DNA of 64,000 bases from Minisyncoccia bacterium (GCA_041742075.1 JBGSJJ010000015.1:1132-65131); one strand, 5' to 3'; counted from the stretch's first letter, positions 38,841 to 48,662 are shown. Numbers and translations: made by a program. Notes: generated from the sequence alone by a model not told the origin.

Positions 38841-40481
38841 TTAGTTACGTGCCTTTGGAGTGACCCAGAAGCCCATGTATTTTCCGAGCATTAGTCTCGT
38901 CTGAGCATCGAGTCCAGGGATCGCGCTGAAAATAATCATGGTAGCCGGCACGAGTATCCATTGTACCGCAAGTACCACGTAGCGAAGGCGACTCTTGTCC
39001 TTTGGACGCGGTGGAAGCATGGTGAGAGAAATAACAGAAGATACCACCAGACCAAACATCGCAATAATTAAGAGGTCACGGACCATGAGTGGCAGCTGAT
39101 AGCTGAGCACCGTCTGGTGAAACTCGTAGGTACCGAGAAAAATCGGGGCCCAGCCGAGGATGAAAAGCATAATTGGGTTAGTTACCAGTGCCCAGTACCC
39201 TTCCGCTTGCTGAAAGGCAATGATGATTCTTTTTCGGCGTGAGATCTTTGAATTTTTAGTAAAGTGGTACATCACATAGGCAAAGTTCTCGACGCCATAC
39301 GTCCACCGCCTATGTTGTCTATAAATATTCTTAACCGTTCCCCAGAGCGTCCCCGCTGCATTGGCGTCCATAGAAACCGGATACGAGAGTGGCACGACGT
39401 CGTATTCCCCGTCGTTTGCTATAAAAAGATTCCAAAAAATTCGTGAGTCTTCACTGACCATATTGGTTTGCCAATACCCAACTTCGTACAGGGCTTGAAA
39501 CGAAACTGAGTGTGAAGAAAACGTCGCCATCCGCTCTGGTCTCTCTTGCTGTACCATTTCCCAAAATGTCGAAGACATGGCTACTACGCGAGCAATCGCT
39601 GGCGCCTCCCAGATGTTGTTATTAAAAATCGGAACAGGTTGAAACGAAGACTTCAGTGGTCGCTTCGCCGTCATAAAATGCCAAATCAAACAGTTAAAGT
39701 AGTCAGGGTAGAGTACGGTATCAATATCGAAGATAGAGACCAGGGTATGGTTATACCGTATGCCGTGCGGGTCAAGAATCTCAACCCGGGCTCGCTCGAT
39801 AGCATAGGTAGCGTTTGACCCTTTACCCGCCATCTCTCCCGGCACATTGGCTGGGTGCGTCGTCACAAGAAACGCACCGAAAGTGTCTCCCCACTTCTCT
39901 TTCATCTTGCGCGCAATTTCTTCAGCCGGTAATCCAGCTCGTTCTTCCGTTGCTAAGACAACGATGATATTTTTTTTATCGTACTTAACGTTCGCGAGCG
40001 ACGTAAGTGTCTGCTCAATGATTGATTCTGGTTCTTTATAAAACGGCAACACCACAACCTGATGGATGTGGTCAAATGAAAATCGTTCAATGAGTACTCC
40101 CCAATCGAGTGAGAGGTGATGCCGAAGGCGTCGCCAGTTATAGCGAAGGTGGTACGAAAGAAAAGCCGTCTTAAGAACCCAGTAGATAGCAAACGCAATG
40201 ATGAAGTAGGCAGCCACAAACGGAGCAAAGTTTGAAAGCGCCAACACACCGATAAGTGTAATCCACGAAAAAGCACCCGGAAATATTTCTAGTAAACGAT
40301 ACAGCCGACGGTCACGACCAGTGAGTTCAGTGGCTCGACCGACTTTAAAGTCAGACCGGGTAGCATACGGCAAAAGCGATTGGGGTTCCTCCATATAGTC
40401 ATTAGTATAGCGCTTTCTCAGTATAAAAAAAGGTGCCAAAAGTACTATGTGTGGTGCGATTATGTTGCCATCTGTAAGCAA
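38841..40481 (-). CDS. Family 2 glycosyltransferase, processive type (cellulose/chitin/hyaluronan synthase-like) integral membrane protein.
   Basis: D, DxD (FDIDT) and QHRRW motifs. Multiple TM helices at both ends. Confidence 0.7.
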   Translation of the reverse strand: MLTDGNIIAPHIVLLAPFFILRKRYTNDYMEEPQSLLPYATRSDFKVGRATELTGRDRRLYRLLEIFPGAFSWITLIGVLALSNFAPFVAAYFIIAFAIYWVLKTAFLSYHLRYNWRRLRHHLSLDWGVLIERFSFDHIHQVVVLPFYKEPESIIEQTLTSLANVKYDKKNIIVVLATEERAGLPAEEIARKMKEKWGDTFGAFLVTTHPANVPGEMAGKGSNATYAIERARVEILDPHGIRYNHTLVSIFDIDTVLYPDYFNCLIWHFMTAKRPLKSSFQPVPIFNNNIWEAPAIARVVAMSSTFWEMVQQERPERMATFSSHSVSFQALYEVGYWQTNMVSEDSRIFWNLFIANDGEYDVVPLSYPVSMDANAAGTLWGTVKNIYRQHRRWTYGVENFAYVMYHFTKNSKISRRKRIIIAFQQAEGYWALVTNPIMLFILGWAPIFLGTYEFHQTVLSYQLPLMVRDLLIIAMFGLVVSSVISLTMLPPRPKDKSRLRYVVLAVQWILVPATMIIFSAIPGLDAQTRLMLGKYMGFWVTPKARN

Positions 40482-40542
40482 AGCATACGGATGGCCTCAC
40501 TCGGGTGTATGGACGTCTGGTCTACGACCAGACGGGAATGAC

Positions 40543-40587
40543 AAAAAAGTACCCGAAGAACACGAGTGTTCCTCTGGTACTTTTTTT
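40543..40587. terminator. Bidirectional terminator AAAAAAGTACC-N24-GGTACTTTTTTT, downstream of tRNA-Thr.
   Basis: Stem plus A/T tracts. A nested hairpin lies in the loop. Confidence 0.6.
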
Positions 40588-40629
40588 CATTCCCTACTCG
40601 CTTCACTCGTACTACACCTCTCGTATCGG

Positions 40630-40702
40630 AGCCATCTGTCAGATTCGAACTGACGACCTACTCATTACAAGTGAGTTGCTCTACCGACTGAGCTAAGATG
40701 GC
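40630..40702 (-). tRNA. tRNA-Thr (anticodon UGU). No encoded CCA. Discriminator U.
   Basis: Clean cloverleaf: acceptor GCCATCT/AGATGGC, D arm GCTC-AGTCGGTA-GAGC, anticodon arm ACTCA-CTTGTAA-TGAGT, T arm GTCAG-TTCGAAT-CTGAC. Confidence 0.9.
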
Positions 40703-40754
40703 AATCTATTTCCCTGCACTATCGTACATTCATCGACTCACTTGTAAAGGTTAC

Positions 40755-40830
40755 AAGTGGTTCGAAAGTGTCCCACACTTTCTTCACCTCTACCGACTGA
40801 GCTTTGTCCAGCGATTTTCTCTGGGGAGAA
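40755..40830 (-). pseudogene. Degenerate tRNA-like fragment: a D-arm-like AAAGCTCAGTCGGTAGAGG followed by a 9-bp hairpin containing CACTTGTAA, which is shared with the tRNA-Thr anticodon stem-loop.
   Basis: Sequence similarity to the 5' half of tRNA-Thr. No complete cloverleaf can be drawn. Confidence 0.3.
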
Positions 40831-41067
40831 AAAATCGGGACATACATTCACAATGGTCACTACGTTCCCTTGCTCATTTAAGATGGCAATTGTGCAAATC
40901 ACAGAGCGAAGCGACAATGATTTTCATACATAGAATTTTCTATTCCTAATGAAAATTCTATGCTTCTCTGGTTTCGTACCATCATTATATCCAGTGGTAC
41001 GGTCTGGAAGGATGCAAGTCGCACCATTATCACAATTTCTGCTCAAATTGCAACCTGAACAGTATGA

Positions 41068-41478
41068 TTAGTGTGATTTCCGTTCTGCCCGCTCTTCCTC
41101 AGTAAGCGCTACTTTTTCTTTATGGGCCGATATCTCTTCAAAATGAGAATGCGTCCTCGCTTTTCGTATTTCTTTAGCTACTTCCTTGTTACGCTTCAAT
41201 GCTCCATCTGACCACGTCTCTAATCTTAGCAGTACCAATTTAATGCGCTTGAGGAGCGTATGAATCAGGTAGTGCCAGGAAAGCCGAATATAGTTAAAGG
41301 TGCCTTGCTTTTTTCTCGTAGCCAAGCTGGCTTTAAAGCGAATTACTTTTCTATCAAGCCACGTACGAAGACCCGAGAGGAGTAGTCTGTCCCCATACGA
41401 ATCCTCTACCTTAAAAAGAACCGTGAGCGTAGTTAGAAGAAAGACACTCCCACCAAAGTAGATGAGTGCGCTGGCCAT
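41068..41478 (-). CDS. Hypothetical small membrane protein (136 aa).
   Basis: N-terminal TM helix, basic C-terminal half. Confidence 0.4.
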   Translation of the reverse strand: MASALIYFGGSVFLLTTLTVLFKVEDSYGDRLLLSGLRTWLDRKVIRFKASLATRKKQGTFNYIRLSWHYLIHTLLKRIKLVLLRLETWSDGALKRNKEVAKEIRKARTHSHFEEISAHKEKVALTEEERAERKSH

Positions 41479-41481
41479 ACT

Positions 41482-42066
41482 TTATTTAATTGAAACGCGA
41501 CTGACTGACACAATGGTCACGTTTTCTCCAAACTTTTGCACTGCGCCATTTACGAGTTCACCGATAGTTGTCTCAGGGTTCTTGATGAAAGGTTGCTCAA
41601 GGAGAATTTGCTCTTGGAAATATGAATTGAGCTTACCAGCCATAATCTTTTCTTGCATTTCGGCTGGCTTACCGACAATCTCCCCCGCGAAGACCTCCTT
41701 TGCTTTCTCAATACTTTCAGCACTTACTTCGTCGCGAGAAATAAACTTAGGAGCGAGTGCAGCTACGTGCATAGCAATCTCCCGAGCGAGCGCTACGAAC
41801 TCCGCATTTTTTGCTACGAAGTCTGTCTCACAGCCGAGGTGCACGAGTGCTGCTACTTCGTTTGTGTTGTGCACGTAGGCACCGATAGAACCAGCTCCGA
41901 GTACTCGGTCTGCTTTCTTGTCCGCTGCTTCACTACGCTTTTTCTTCAAAATGATAAGCGCCTTCTCCATGTCGCCACCTGCTTCTTCAAGCGCTTTTTT
42001 ACACTGCATTACTGAAATACCAGTCTGATCACGGAGGGCCTTAATCTGTGCTGATGTAATTTCCAT
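41482..42066 (-). CDS. tsf: Elongation factor Ts (short form).
   Basis: N-terminal UBA-like ITSAQIKALRDQTGISVMQCKKALEEAGGDMEKA. Confidence 0.9.
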   Translation of the reverse strand: MEITSAQIKALRDQTGISVMQCKKALEEAGGDMEKALIILKKKRSEAADKKADRVLGAGSIGAYVHNTNEVAALVHLGCETDFVAKNAEFVALAREIAMHVAALAPKFISRDEVSAESIEKAKEVFAGEIVGKPAEMQEKIMAGKLNSYFQEQILLEQPFIKNPETTIGELVNGAVQKFGENVTIVSVSRVSIK

Positions 42067-42118
42067 AAAATAAATCTAAGAACTAAATAATATGACTTCA
42101 CTCCCCTCTTGGATTAGC

Positions 42119-42901
42119 TTAGGCGCGGCGGTCAGCTGGCCTTGGACGACGAGTGTGTTCAGTTCGAACTGGTCGAGGTCGTTGCGTAACAGGCGCTGTG
42201 TAGTTTTTGCGACCTTCTTGGTACGCTGTCGCAAGTTCTTCAAGGGCGAGGATGATACTGGCCTTCAGTGCGTCATTAACTACAATTGGGTAGGTAATTT
42301 TCTTTGCATCACAGTCAGAGCTCATGATACCGATCACTGGTACTTTCATGTCGAGCGCTTCTTGCACAGCGATAGAGTCATGACGAGGGTCTACTACCAC
42401 CATAAAGTGTGGTGTTCGGTCCATGGCAATAATGCCACCAAAATTGAATTCAAGCTTGGTTATTTCACGACCAATTACCACTCGTTCTTTCTTGATATAC
42501 TTTCGTTCCATTTCACCTGATTCACGTTCAAGGACGAGTGCCTTGTAGCGTTCGATTCTTTTTCGAATCTCACTGTAGTTTGTCAAAATACCACCAATCC
42601 ACCGGTTTGTTACGTACGGCATTTCAATCCGCTTTGCAACTTCAGTTACATACGCTGAGGCTTCAGGCTTGGTACTCACAAAAAGTACGGTCTTGCCTTG
42701 TGCTCCCGCTTCAGACAGCAATGCTGATACTGCTTCAATTTGCGCTGATGTCTGTTCGAGGTCGATAATGTCGGTTCCCTCTTTGTTGGTAAAGATATAC
42801 TTAGCAACAGAAGGATGACGGCGACTCTTTGAAAAACCAAAATGAGCGCCGGCATTGAAGAGACGTTTGATGAGTGGTGTTGATGATTGTAATGTTGACA
42901 T
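42119..42901 (-). CDS. rpsB: 30S ribosomal protein S2.
   Basis: LFNAGAHFGFSKSRRHP...; gene order rpsB-tsf. Confidence 0.92.
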   Translation of the reverse strand: MSTLQSSTPLIKRLFNAGAHFGFSKSRRHPSVAKYIFTNKEGTDIIDLEQTSAQIEAVSALLSEAGAQGKTVLFVSTKPEASAYVTEVAKRIEMPYVTNRWIGGILTNYSEIRKRIERYKALVLERESGEMERKYIKKERVVIGREITKLEFNFGGIIAMDRTPHFMVVVDPRHDSIAVQEALDMKVPVIGIMSSDCDAKKITYPIVVNDALKASIILALEELATAYQEGRKNYTAPVTQRPRPVRTEHTRRPRPADRRA

Positions 42902-42950
42902 ATATAAGAAAAAGCGCGATAGCGCAACGTGGATGATGCTATCACATTAC

Positions 42951-43928
42951 TTAGGTCTCTGCAATAGCGGTCTCCGCCACCCCGATAGCCTCCACCACGA
43001 CGTCGAGCTCGCCTCTCCCGAGGATACCTTCGATATTGTGCCACGACTCTTTAATCCGGTGATCGGTAATTCGATTCTGGGGAAAGTTATAAGTACGGAT
43101 TTTTTCTGACCGGTCACCCGTTCCAATCTGATTTTTACGAACACTGGCGTGCTTTTTAGCCTCTTCTTCTTCGTGGAGCGACTCCAGCTTCGCAATAAGC
43201 ATGGTCATGGCCATTTCGCGGTTCTTAAGCTGAGAGCGTCCGGTCTGACAACGCACATCGATACCCGTCGGTCGGTGTATCAAACGCACGGCTGTTTCAA
43301 CCTTGTTGACGTTCTGCCCACCAGCGCCCCCGGAGCGAGAAAACTCCATATCGATATCGCTTTGGTTTATCTCAATGGTTGGCTTCCGGCGAAGGGGCAA
43401 AATAGCCACCGACGCGGTTGAGGTATGAATACGTCCCGCTTTTTCGGTCACCGGAATACGTTGCACCCGGTGCACACCGGTTTCGAACCGCAGTGCGTCA
43501 TAGACCGGAGCCCCAATTATTTCAAACACCCCTTCCTTGTACCCACCTGAAGACGACCTAGCTTCGTCTGAAACGGTCACCTGCCAGCCTTTTCGTTCTG
43601 AAAAAAGTCGGTACATTTGAGCTAATTCTTCAGCAAACAGCGCGGCTTCGTCCCCACCCACGCCAGCGCGCACTTCGAGGATTACCCCATACGGCTTCGC
43701 GTCTTCTTCTTTAGAAGATTCAATGATGCGTTCCATCTCAGCAAACATGACCTTGAGTTCGGCGGTAAGCGAGGTAATCTCCTCCTTGGCCATCTCGGCC
43801 ATTTCTGGGTCGAGAGCGAGCGCTTGTGCTTCTTCTAGCTTTTTATGGTACGTCTCAAACTGACTCGCCAAAAATTGCGTTTTAGGATGTTCTTTATATT
43901 CTTGCAATTTGTCGGGTGGAAAATCCAT
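42951..43928 (-). CDS. prfA: Peptide chain release factor 1. Start taken at [11 protein letters not shown]; the ORF track extends it to 43988.
   Basis: GGQ motif [11 protein letters not shown] and the RF1-type PxT tripeptide (RIPVTE). Confidence 0.88.
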   Translation of the reverse strand: MDFPPDKLQEYKEHPKTQFLASQFETYHKKLEEAQALALDPEMAEMAKEEITSLTAELKVMFAEMERIIESSKEEDAKPYGVILEVRAGVGGDEAALFAEELAQMYRLFSERKGWQVTVSDEARSSSGGYKEGVFEIIGAPVYDALRFETGVHRVQRIPVTEKAGRIHTSTASVAILPLRRKPTIEINQSDIDMEFSRSGGAGGQNVNKVETAVRLIHRPTGIDVRCQTGRSQLKNREMAMTMLIAKLESLHEEEEAKKHASVRKNQIGTGDRSEKIRTYNFPQNRITDHRIKESWHNIEGILGRGELDVVVEAIGVAETAIAET

Positions 43929-44119
43929 AGGTAGGTAACTACTGTACTGTAAATTCATCGTTTTTACCAACGGTACCAAGAATTTCAAAAGGTGTTCTTA
44001 AGTATCTCTACAAAAGCGCAAAGCTCAGAAATAGGATGAAGGACGAAAACAGGAAAAAAGCCAAGCGGTATGTAGTTTTAAAAAAGAACATGAAGTGGCC
44101 TAGATACGAGGAGGGCAAG

Positions 44120-44167
44120 AAAAAATACCCGACCGGGACTTGAGTTGGTCCAGGGAGGGTATTTTTT
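44120..44167. terminator. Bidirectional terminator AAAAATACCC-N26-GGGTATTTTTT, downstream of rpmE.
   Basis: Stem plus A/T tracts. Confidence 0.6.
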
Positions 44168-44190
44168 CGTAGCTCGACAAAGTAGATAGG

Positions 44191-44448
44191 CTAGTTCTTG
44201 GTCTTTTTCGCTGCTCGGGCCTTGAAACGCTCTACCCGTCCAGCAGTATCCATCACCTTTTCTTGACCGGTATAGAATGGGTGCGAAGCACTTGAAACGT
44301 CTACATACGCAATCGGATATTCAACACCGTCAGTCCATTTCGCTTTGTCAGTTGCTTCTACGGTTGAACCCACGAGAAATCGTGTTCCACTTGAGTTATC
44401 GTGGAAAATGACCGCTCGGAAGCCTTTTGGATGAATATCTTTTTTCAT
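44191..44448 (-). CDS. rpmE: 50S ribosomal protein L31 (type B, lacking the zinc-binding cysteines).
   Basis: MKKDIHPK...HPFYTGQ...GRVERF. Confidence 0.88.
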   Translation of the reverse strand: MKKDIHPKGFRAVIFHDNSSGTRFLVGSTVEATDKAKWTDGVEYPIAYVDVSSASHPFYTGQEKVMDTAGRVERFKARAAKKTKN

Positions 44449-44500
44449 AAGCCACCACTATAGCAGAAAACCCTTACTTGGCAAGAGTATCTAACTACCT

Positions 44501-44600
44501 GGACTTTTTACGCCCGAGGTACCTGGGTCAATAATCAACTTCGTATGCGAGGCAAACAAGGAAAAATCGCCGAGGTGAACTCTATCCTTCAGTGAGGCGA
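44501..44600. repeat. Repeat unit R1 (about 95 nt): a terminator-like hairpin plus a TTGACC-containing module. About 90% identical to R2.
   Basis: ccgaggtacctgggtcaataatcaacttcgtatgcgaggcaaacaaggaaaaatcgccgaggtgaac...ttcagtgaggcgattttt. Confidence 0.8.
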
Positions 44601-44736
44601 TTTTTATTGGCCTGGAGAGCCTCGGGTAAAGAATTGCTTCAAAGACAAGGAATGGGTAACGGGGTTCAGGAGACGTATTTCTATACGGTGACTGAGCACC
44701 GTGGGACCCATGACGCAGTATTTGAAGCAATTATTG

Positions 44737-44835
44737 CCCGAGGTACCTGGGTCAATAATCGACTTCGTATGCAAGGCAAACAAGGAAAAAGCGCCGAGGT
44801 GAACTTTTTCGTTCAGTGAGGCGCTTTTTCCGCTG
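44737..44835. repeat. Repeat unit R2, a direct repeat of R1. The partial inverted copy GATTATTGACCCAGG at 44863-44880 can pair with its 5' end.
   Basis: Direct alignment with R1 shows 5 substitutions and a variable loop. Confidence 0.8.
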
Positions 44836-44857
44836 TTTAACGAAGCAGACGTGTTGA

Positions 44858-46204
44858 TTATTGACCCAGGATGCGGATTTCGTTCTCTAAGCGCTGCATC
44901 CGACTAACCACCTGATCCCCATAAAACTGGTTCTCCGGACGACTGGCTCCTCCCCAACCGGCATAGTACCGAAGAGCTGCCAGGCGTGGACTTGAGGCGG
45001 CGCCGTTGTCACGAAGCAAGAGAGCGGTCGCGAGAAAGGCATCTTGGTTATTGAAAGGATTGGCGGGAGTGCTTTTACCGATCAGTGAACGGATGGCATC
45101 AGAAGACGCGTTATACTGCCAGCCACTACCTGAATTGGTGTACCCGCCGTAAATCGCCCAGGTGCTTGGTATAAACTGTGATGGCCCCATTGCCCCTCCC
45201 CAGCCATACGGAACGCCACCGCGAATAAGCGGACAGGAAACTTGCTGACGATTGGTATCAAAACCGAGCGCTGTGCCAATCGCTTTAAAGACTGGAGCGT
45301 CGCGCTCAGGGTGCATCACAGGTCTACCACCGCGTATTTCACTGTATATACAACTGCCGAGGTTCGAACCGTAATTAGTCTCTTGCTCAAGAATTGACAA
45401 AATCAGTGTTGGGGGAATACCGGCTAGCCTGCCAGCAGTTTGAGCCAGGGTAACTGCTTGGGGAAACGGAATGGCGCCGCCACCGCCGAGGAGATCAAAC
45501 AGCTGAGCTCGCAGTTGCGCCGCTGATTTTTCTTGCGTCTGCAGAAGTTGCTGGTACGCCTGCTCCTCTCCTTTAGTGACACGTAAAATACGTTGCTTCT
45601 CCGCTTCTTGCTTTTCAATCCGTTCGCGCTCCAACTCTTGGATTACTTTCATCTCAGCCTCAGTCAGTTGCTTTATCTCAAGCGACTCCTTCTCAAATTG
45701 TGCATCAGACCGAATCTCCTGAAGCGCACTAAGAGAATTATTGAGCGACTCTTTCACGGCATGAAAACTATCTACTTCGGAAAAGAAATCGGAGAAGTTT
45801 TTGTTACTGAGGAGTATCTCAACCAAGGTGAAGTCATCGGCCGAACGTGTCTCTCGCATAATTTTGGCTAGTGACTGCTTTTGCTTAACCAGTCTATCGT
45901 TTAAGACTTCAATCACCTCTGCCTTGTCGCCGATTTGGGTAGTGAGAGAATCAATCGCGAGTTCGCGAGCTTGTACGCCGAGCTCGGCTTTTTTTATCTC
46001 ACCAGAAATAATAGTAATGTCACGTTCGAGTGAGCGACGTTCACTTTGCTTGTCTTCAACCAGCAGTCTCTGTTGAAGAATTTCGCGTTCTACTATTTGT
46101 AGCTGAGCCTCAATCCGAGCCCGCCTTTCTGCGTCAGTTTCGGCATACCCAAACTGCGGAAAGAGCATAGTAAAACTAAGTACGAAAAATAGTATCGCTT
46201 TCAT
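44858..46204 (-). CDS. Secreted coiled-coil protein with a C-terminal lytic transglycosylase (MltB/Slt35-like) domain.
   Basis: Signal peptide. Long heptad-rich region. C-terminal motifs GPSQFIPSTW and YGGYTNSGSGW typical of the MltB family. Confidence 0.6.
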   Translation of the reverse strand: MKAILFFVLSFTMLFPQFGYAETDAERRARIEAQLQIVEREILQQRLLVEDKQSERRSLERDITIISGEIKKAELGVQARELAIDSLTTQIGDKAEVIEVLNDRLVKQKQSLAKIMRETRSADDFTLVEILLSNKNFSDFFSEVDSFHAVKESLNNSLSALQEIRSDAQFEKESLEIKQLTEAEMKVIQELERERIEKQEAEKQRILRVTKGEEQAYQQLLQTQEKSAAQLRAQLFDLLGGGGAIPFPQAVTLAQTAGRLAGIPPTLILSILEQETNYGSNLGSCIYSEIRGGRPVMHPERDAPVFKAIGTALGFDTNRQQVSCPLIRGGVPYGWGGAMGPSQFIPSTWAIYGGYTNSGSGWQYNASSDAIRSLIGKSTPANPFNNQDAFLATALLLRDNGAASSPRLAALRYYAGWGGASRPENQFYGDQVVSRMQRLENEIRILGQ

Positions 46205-46224
46205 AGCAGGTACAGTATACCACT

Positions 46225-46270
46225 ATAAAAACACTGCACGTATGGGTATCCATACGTGCAGTATTTTTAT
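46225..46270. terminator. Bidirectional terminator: 21-bp arms ATAAAAACACTGCACGTATGG-gtat-CCATACGTGCAGTATTTTTAT with 1 mismatch.
   Basis: Near-perfect palindrome downstream of rplY. Confidence 0.75.
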
Positions 46271-46284
46271 AGGTCTCCTATAGT

Positions 46285-46902
46285 TTATTCAGCAACCTCC
46301 TCCTTACCCTTCTTGGCCACGACAACCGCTGCCATATCGACTACAGCTACTTCTTCTGGCTCTTCTTCTGCTTCACTGACGAGTGCTACTACTTCCTCAG
46401 GATCGGTCTCGACAGTTACCCCTTTCGGAAGTACCAAGTCTTTCACCTTAATCTGTACTTCAAAGTCAACGAGTCCAGATACATCAACATCGATGTGCTG
46501 TGGCAAATCGGCTGGCTTACACGTCACTTCAATGTCATGGAGAACTTTTGTGAGTGAACCACCAAGCTTTACCGCTGGTGCTTCACCGATAAATTCAAGT
46601 GGTACATTGGTTGTGAGTTCCTTTCCGGCTTCGATAGCGTAAAAGTCGACGTGTTCAATACCACCTCGCTCTGGGCTAAAAGCAACATCGTGAATCAAAA
46701 CTTCAACGGCTGTTGGCAAGCCCTCAAGCACAATTACGGTCGATTCTCCTGCTTCGCGTACCATTTTTTCGAGTACTACTTTTGGCACACTAATTGAAAC
46801 CGGTGCTTGTTTCGGGCCATATACTACACCAGGCACGTTACCGAGCGCTCTATCTTTTAAAGCGGATACGGTACGTACGGCAACTGCTAGTTTTACTGTC
46901 AT
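46285..46902 (-). CDS. rplY: 50S ribosomal protein L25 / general stress protein Ctc, with an acidic C-terminal tail.
   Basis: RALGNVPGVVYG and a two-domain bL25 architecture. Confidence 0.85.
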   Translation of the reverse strand: MTVKLAVAVRTVSALKDRALGNVPGVVYGPKQAPVSISVPKVVLEKMVREAGESTVIVLEGLPTAVEVLIHDVAFSPERGGIEHVDFYAIEAGKELTTNVPLEFIGEAPAVKLGGSLTKVLHDIEVTCKPADLPQHIDVDVSGLVDFEVQIKVKDLVLPKGVTVETDPEEVVALVSEAEEEPEEVAVVDMAAVVVAKKGKEEVAE

Positions 46903-46985
46903 ATGACACACACCTTACCATACTCCACAAAAAGCTCAATGGAGGCCGGCAGAATAGAGAGTAGTGCGTGCTATACTTTTTTTAT

Positions 46986-47990
46986 ATGTCACAACAATAT
47001 GATTTTGTAGCCATCGGCGATATTCTCGTTGATGCTTTTATAGAGCTCGATAAAGATGAAGCCGATGTCTCAATAGACATGGATACTGGTCGCAAAACCC
47101 TGCAAATTCCGTTTGGTGGCAAGCTCCCTTATAAAGACGCGGTTGTCATTAGTGGTGTAGGTAACTCGCCAAACGCCGCTGTAGGCGCGCATCGCCTTGG
47201 ACTAACCTCCGCCATCGTGACCAACCTCGGAAGTGATAGAAACGGAAGCGACTGTCTTGATGCGCTTCGGACCGAAGGGGTTCATACCGACTTTGTTAAG
47301 GTTCACGAAGGGATGCTCACCAACTATCATTACGTCCTTCGCTATGGTGCCGAACGCACGATTCTTATTAAACACGAGCAATACCCGTACTCCCTGCCCC
47401 ACTTTGATACTCCACCGCGCTTTCTCTACTTTTCTTCTGTTGGCGAACACGGGGTAGAATTTCATTTTGAGTTGGCACGCTACGTAAGCGAAAACCCGAC
47501 GTGCAAACTCGTGTTCCAACCAGGCACCTTCCAGATTAAGCTTGGTACTGAAAAATTGAAATCTCTCTACGAAGTAACCGAGATTTTCTTTTGTAACTTG
47601 GAAGAATCACAAGAAATTCTAAACACTAAAGAACGGGATCTCCCTACCCTACTCAAAGGAATTAAAGCGCTCGGGCCAAAACTACCGGTTATTACTGACG
47701 GCCCAAATGGTGCCTACGTCCTTGATGGTGAAGGCCAAGCCTGGCACATGCCAATGTACCCAGACCCAGCTCCCCCAGTAGACCGAACTGGTGCTGGTGA
47801 CTCATTCTCAGCTACGTTTACCACCGCGATAGCGCTCGGCTTTACTCCTGAAGTAGCGCTCGCCTGGGGACCAATCAACTCCATGAGCGTGGTGCAAAAA
47901 ATCGGCGCCCAGGCTGGACTCCTCAGTCGTGCTGAGTTAGAAGAATTGCTTAAAAATGCTCCCGAAGACTACCGCGCCCGAAAAATATAA
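46986..47990 (+). CDS. PfkB-family carbohydrate kinase (ribokinase-like).
   Basis: N-terminal GG motif region and C-terminal DRTGAGDSF PfkB signature. Confidence 0.8.
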   Translation: MSQQYDFVAIGDILVDAFIELDKDEADVSIDMDTGRKTLQIPFGGKLPYKDAVVISGVGNSPNAAVGAHRLGLTSAIVTNLGSDRNGSDCLDALRTEGVHTDFVKVHEGMLTNYHYVLRYGAERTILIKHEQYPYSLPHFDTPPRFLYFSSVGEHGVEFHFELARYVSENPTCKLVFQPGTFQIKLGTEKLKSLYEVTEIFFCNLEESQEILNTKERDLPTLLKGIKALGPKLPVITDGPNGAYVLDGEGQAWHMPMYPDPAPPVDRTGAGDSFSATFTTAIALGFTPEVALAWGPINSMSVVQKIGAQAGLLSRAELEELLKNAPEDYRARKI

Positions 47991-48008
47991 TTTATTCCTT
48001 TCCGTACT

Positions 48009-48039
48009 AAAAAACACTCTCACTCTGAGCGTGTTTTTT
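48009..48039. terminator. Bidirectional terminator AAAAAACAC-N13-GTGTTTTTT between pfkB(+) and the pilin gene(-).
   Basis: Stem plus A/T tracts. Confidence 0.6.
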
Positions 48040-48661
48040 AACTATTGTTACCGAGTCGACACAAGGTAAAGTTGTTCCCTGGAAGAGCGGTGTTTATGAC
48101 TTGTGCCTTGCCACAATTTTGATTCGTCCCTTCTAGTACAAACCAGAGGCTGTATTCTTGAAAACCGGCATTGCAGGTTGCGCCCGTTTGGTTACAGGCA
48201 CTATAGGCTGGTGAAGAGTACGTTTGACCACCTTTTGACACGGTAAAATTCTGGAGTACAGAGATATATGTTGGTACCAAGGCTGTCTCGACATGCGAGG
48301 TGATGTTGCCACTTTGCAAACCAGGCACAACACCAAGAGAAACCGCCGAAGCCGGGGTACCTGCGGTTGGTATACACTGAGCTGGTGTACCCGTATAGGT
48401 GTCACCAATACAGTACGCCCGCTCTCGAAAGTTATTGGCGCTCGAGTGTCCATTCGGGTACCGCCGATTGTCTGAGTAGTAAAGCTCAAGCGCCTTACTG
48501 TATTGATCGACTTGCTGGAGTATCTGTGCGTTCCGACTTTTTTCTCGCGACTGACCAGTCGCAACGACCACAATCGAAGCCAGTACGCCGATAATAGCGA
48601 TTACGACTAAGAGCTCAATCAAGGTGAACCCCTTTGTGTAGTAAGCACGCATACCATGCAT
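48038..48661 (-). CDS. Type IV pilin-like protein, paralog of 14486-14947. Start taken at MHGMRAYYTKGFTLIELL.
   Basis: KGFTLIELLVVIAIIGVLASIV prepilin motif. Cys pairs in the C-terminal region. Confidence 0.7.
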   Translation of the reverse strand: MHGMRAYYTKGFTLIELLVVIAIIGVLASIVVVATGQSREKSRNAQILQQVDQYSKALELYYSDNRRYPNGHSSANNFRERAYCIGDTYTGTPAQCIPTAGTPASAVSLGVVPGLQSGNITSHVETALVPTYISVLQNFTVSKGGQTYSSPAYSACNQTGATCNAGFQEYSLWFVLEGTNQNCGKAQVINTALPGNNFTLCRLGNNS

Positions 48662-48662
48662 T

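Noticed and set aside
42951-43988. Possibility of an alternative genetic code (UGA recoding) because only RF1 is seen.
   Set aside because: All long genes (dnaE, rpoB, gyrB and the 2303-aa ORF) are intact under the standard code. RF2 may simply lie outside the window.
44592-44819. 75-aa plus-strand ORF spanning the unique segment between repeats R1 and R2.
   Set aside because: It has no RBS, and its start and end fall inside repeat hairpins. The region is better explained as an RNA or regulatory element.
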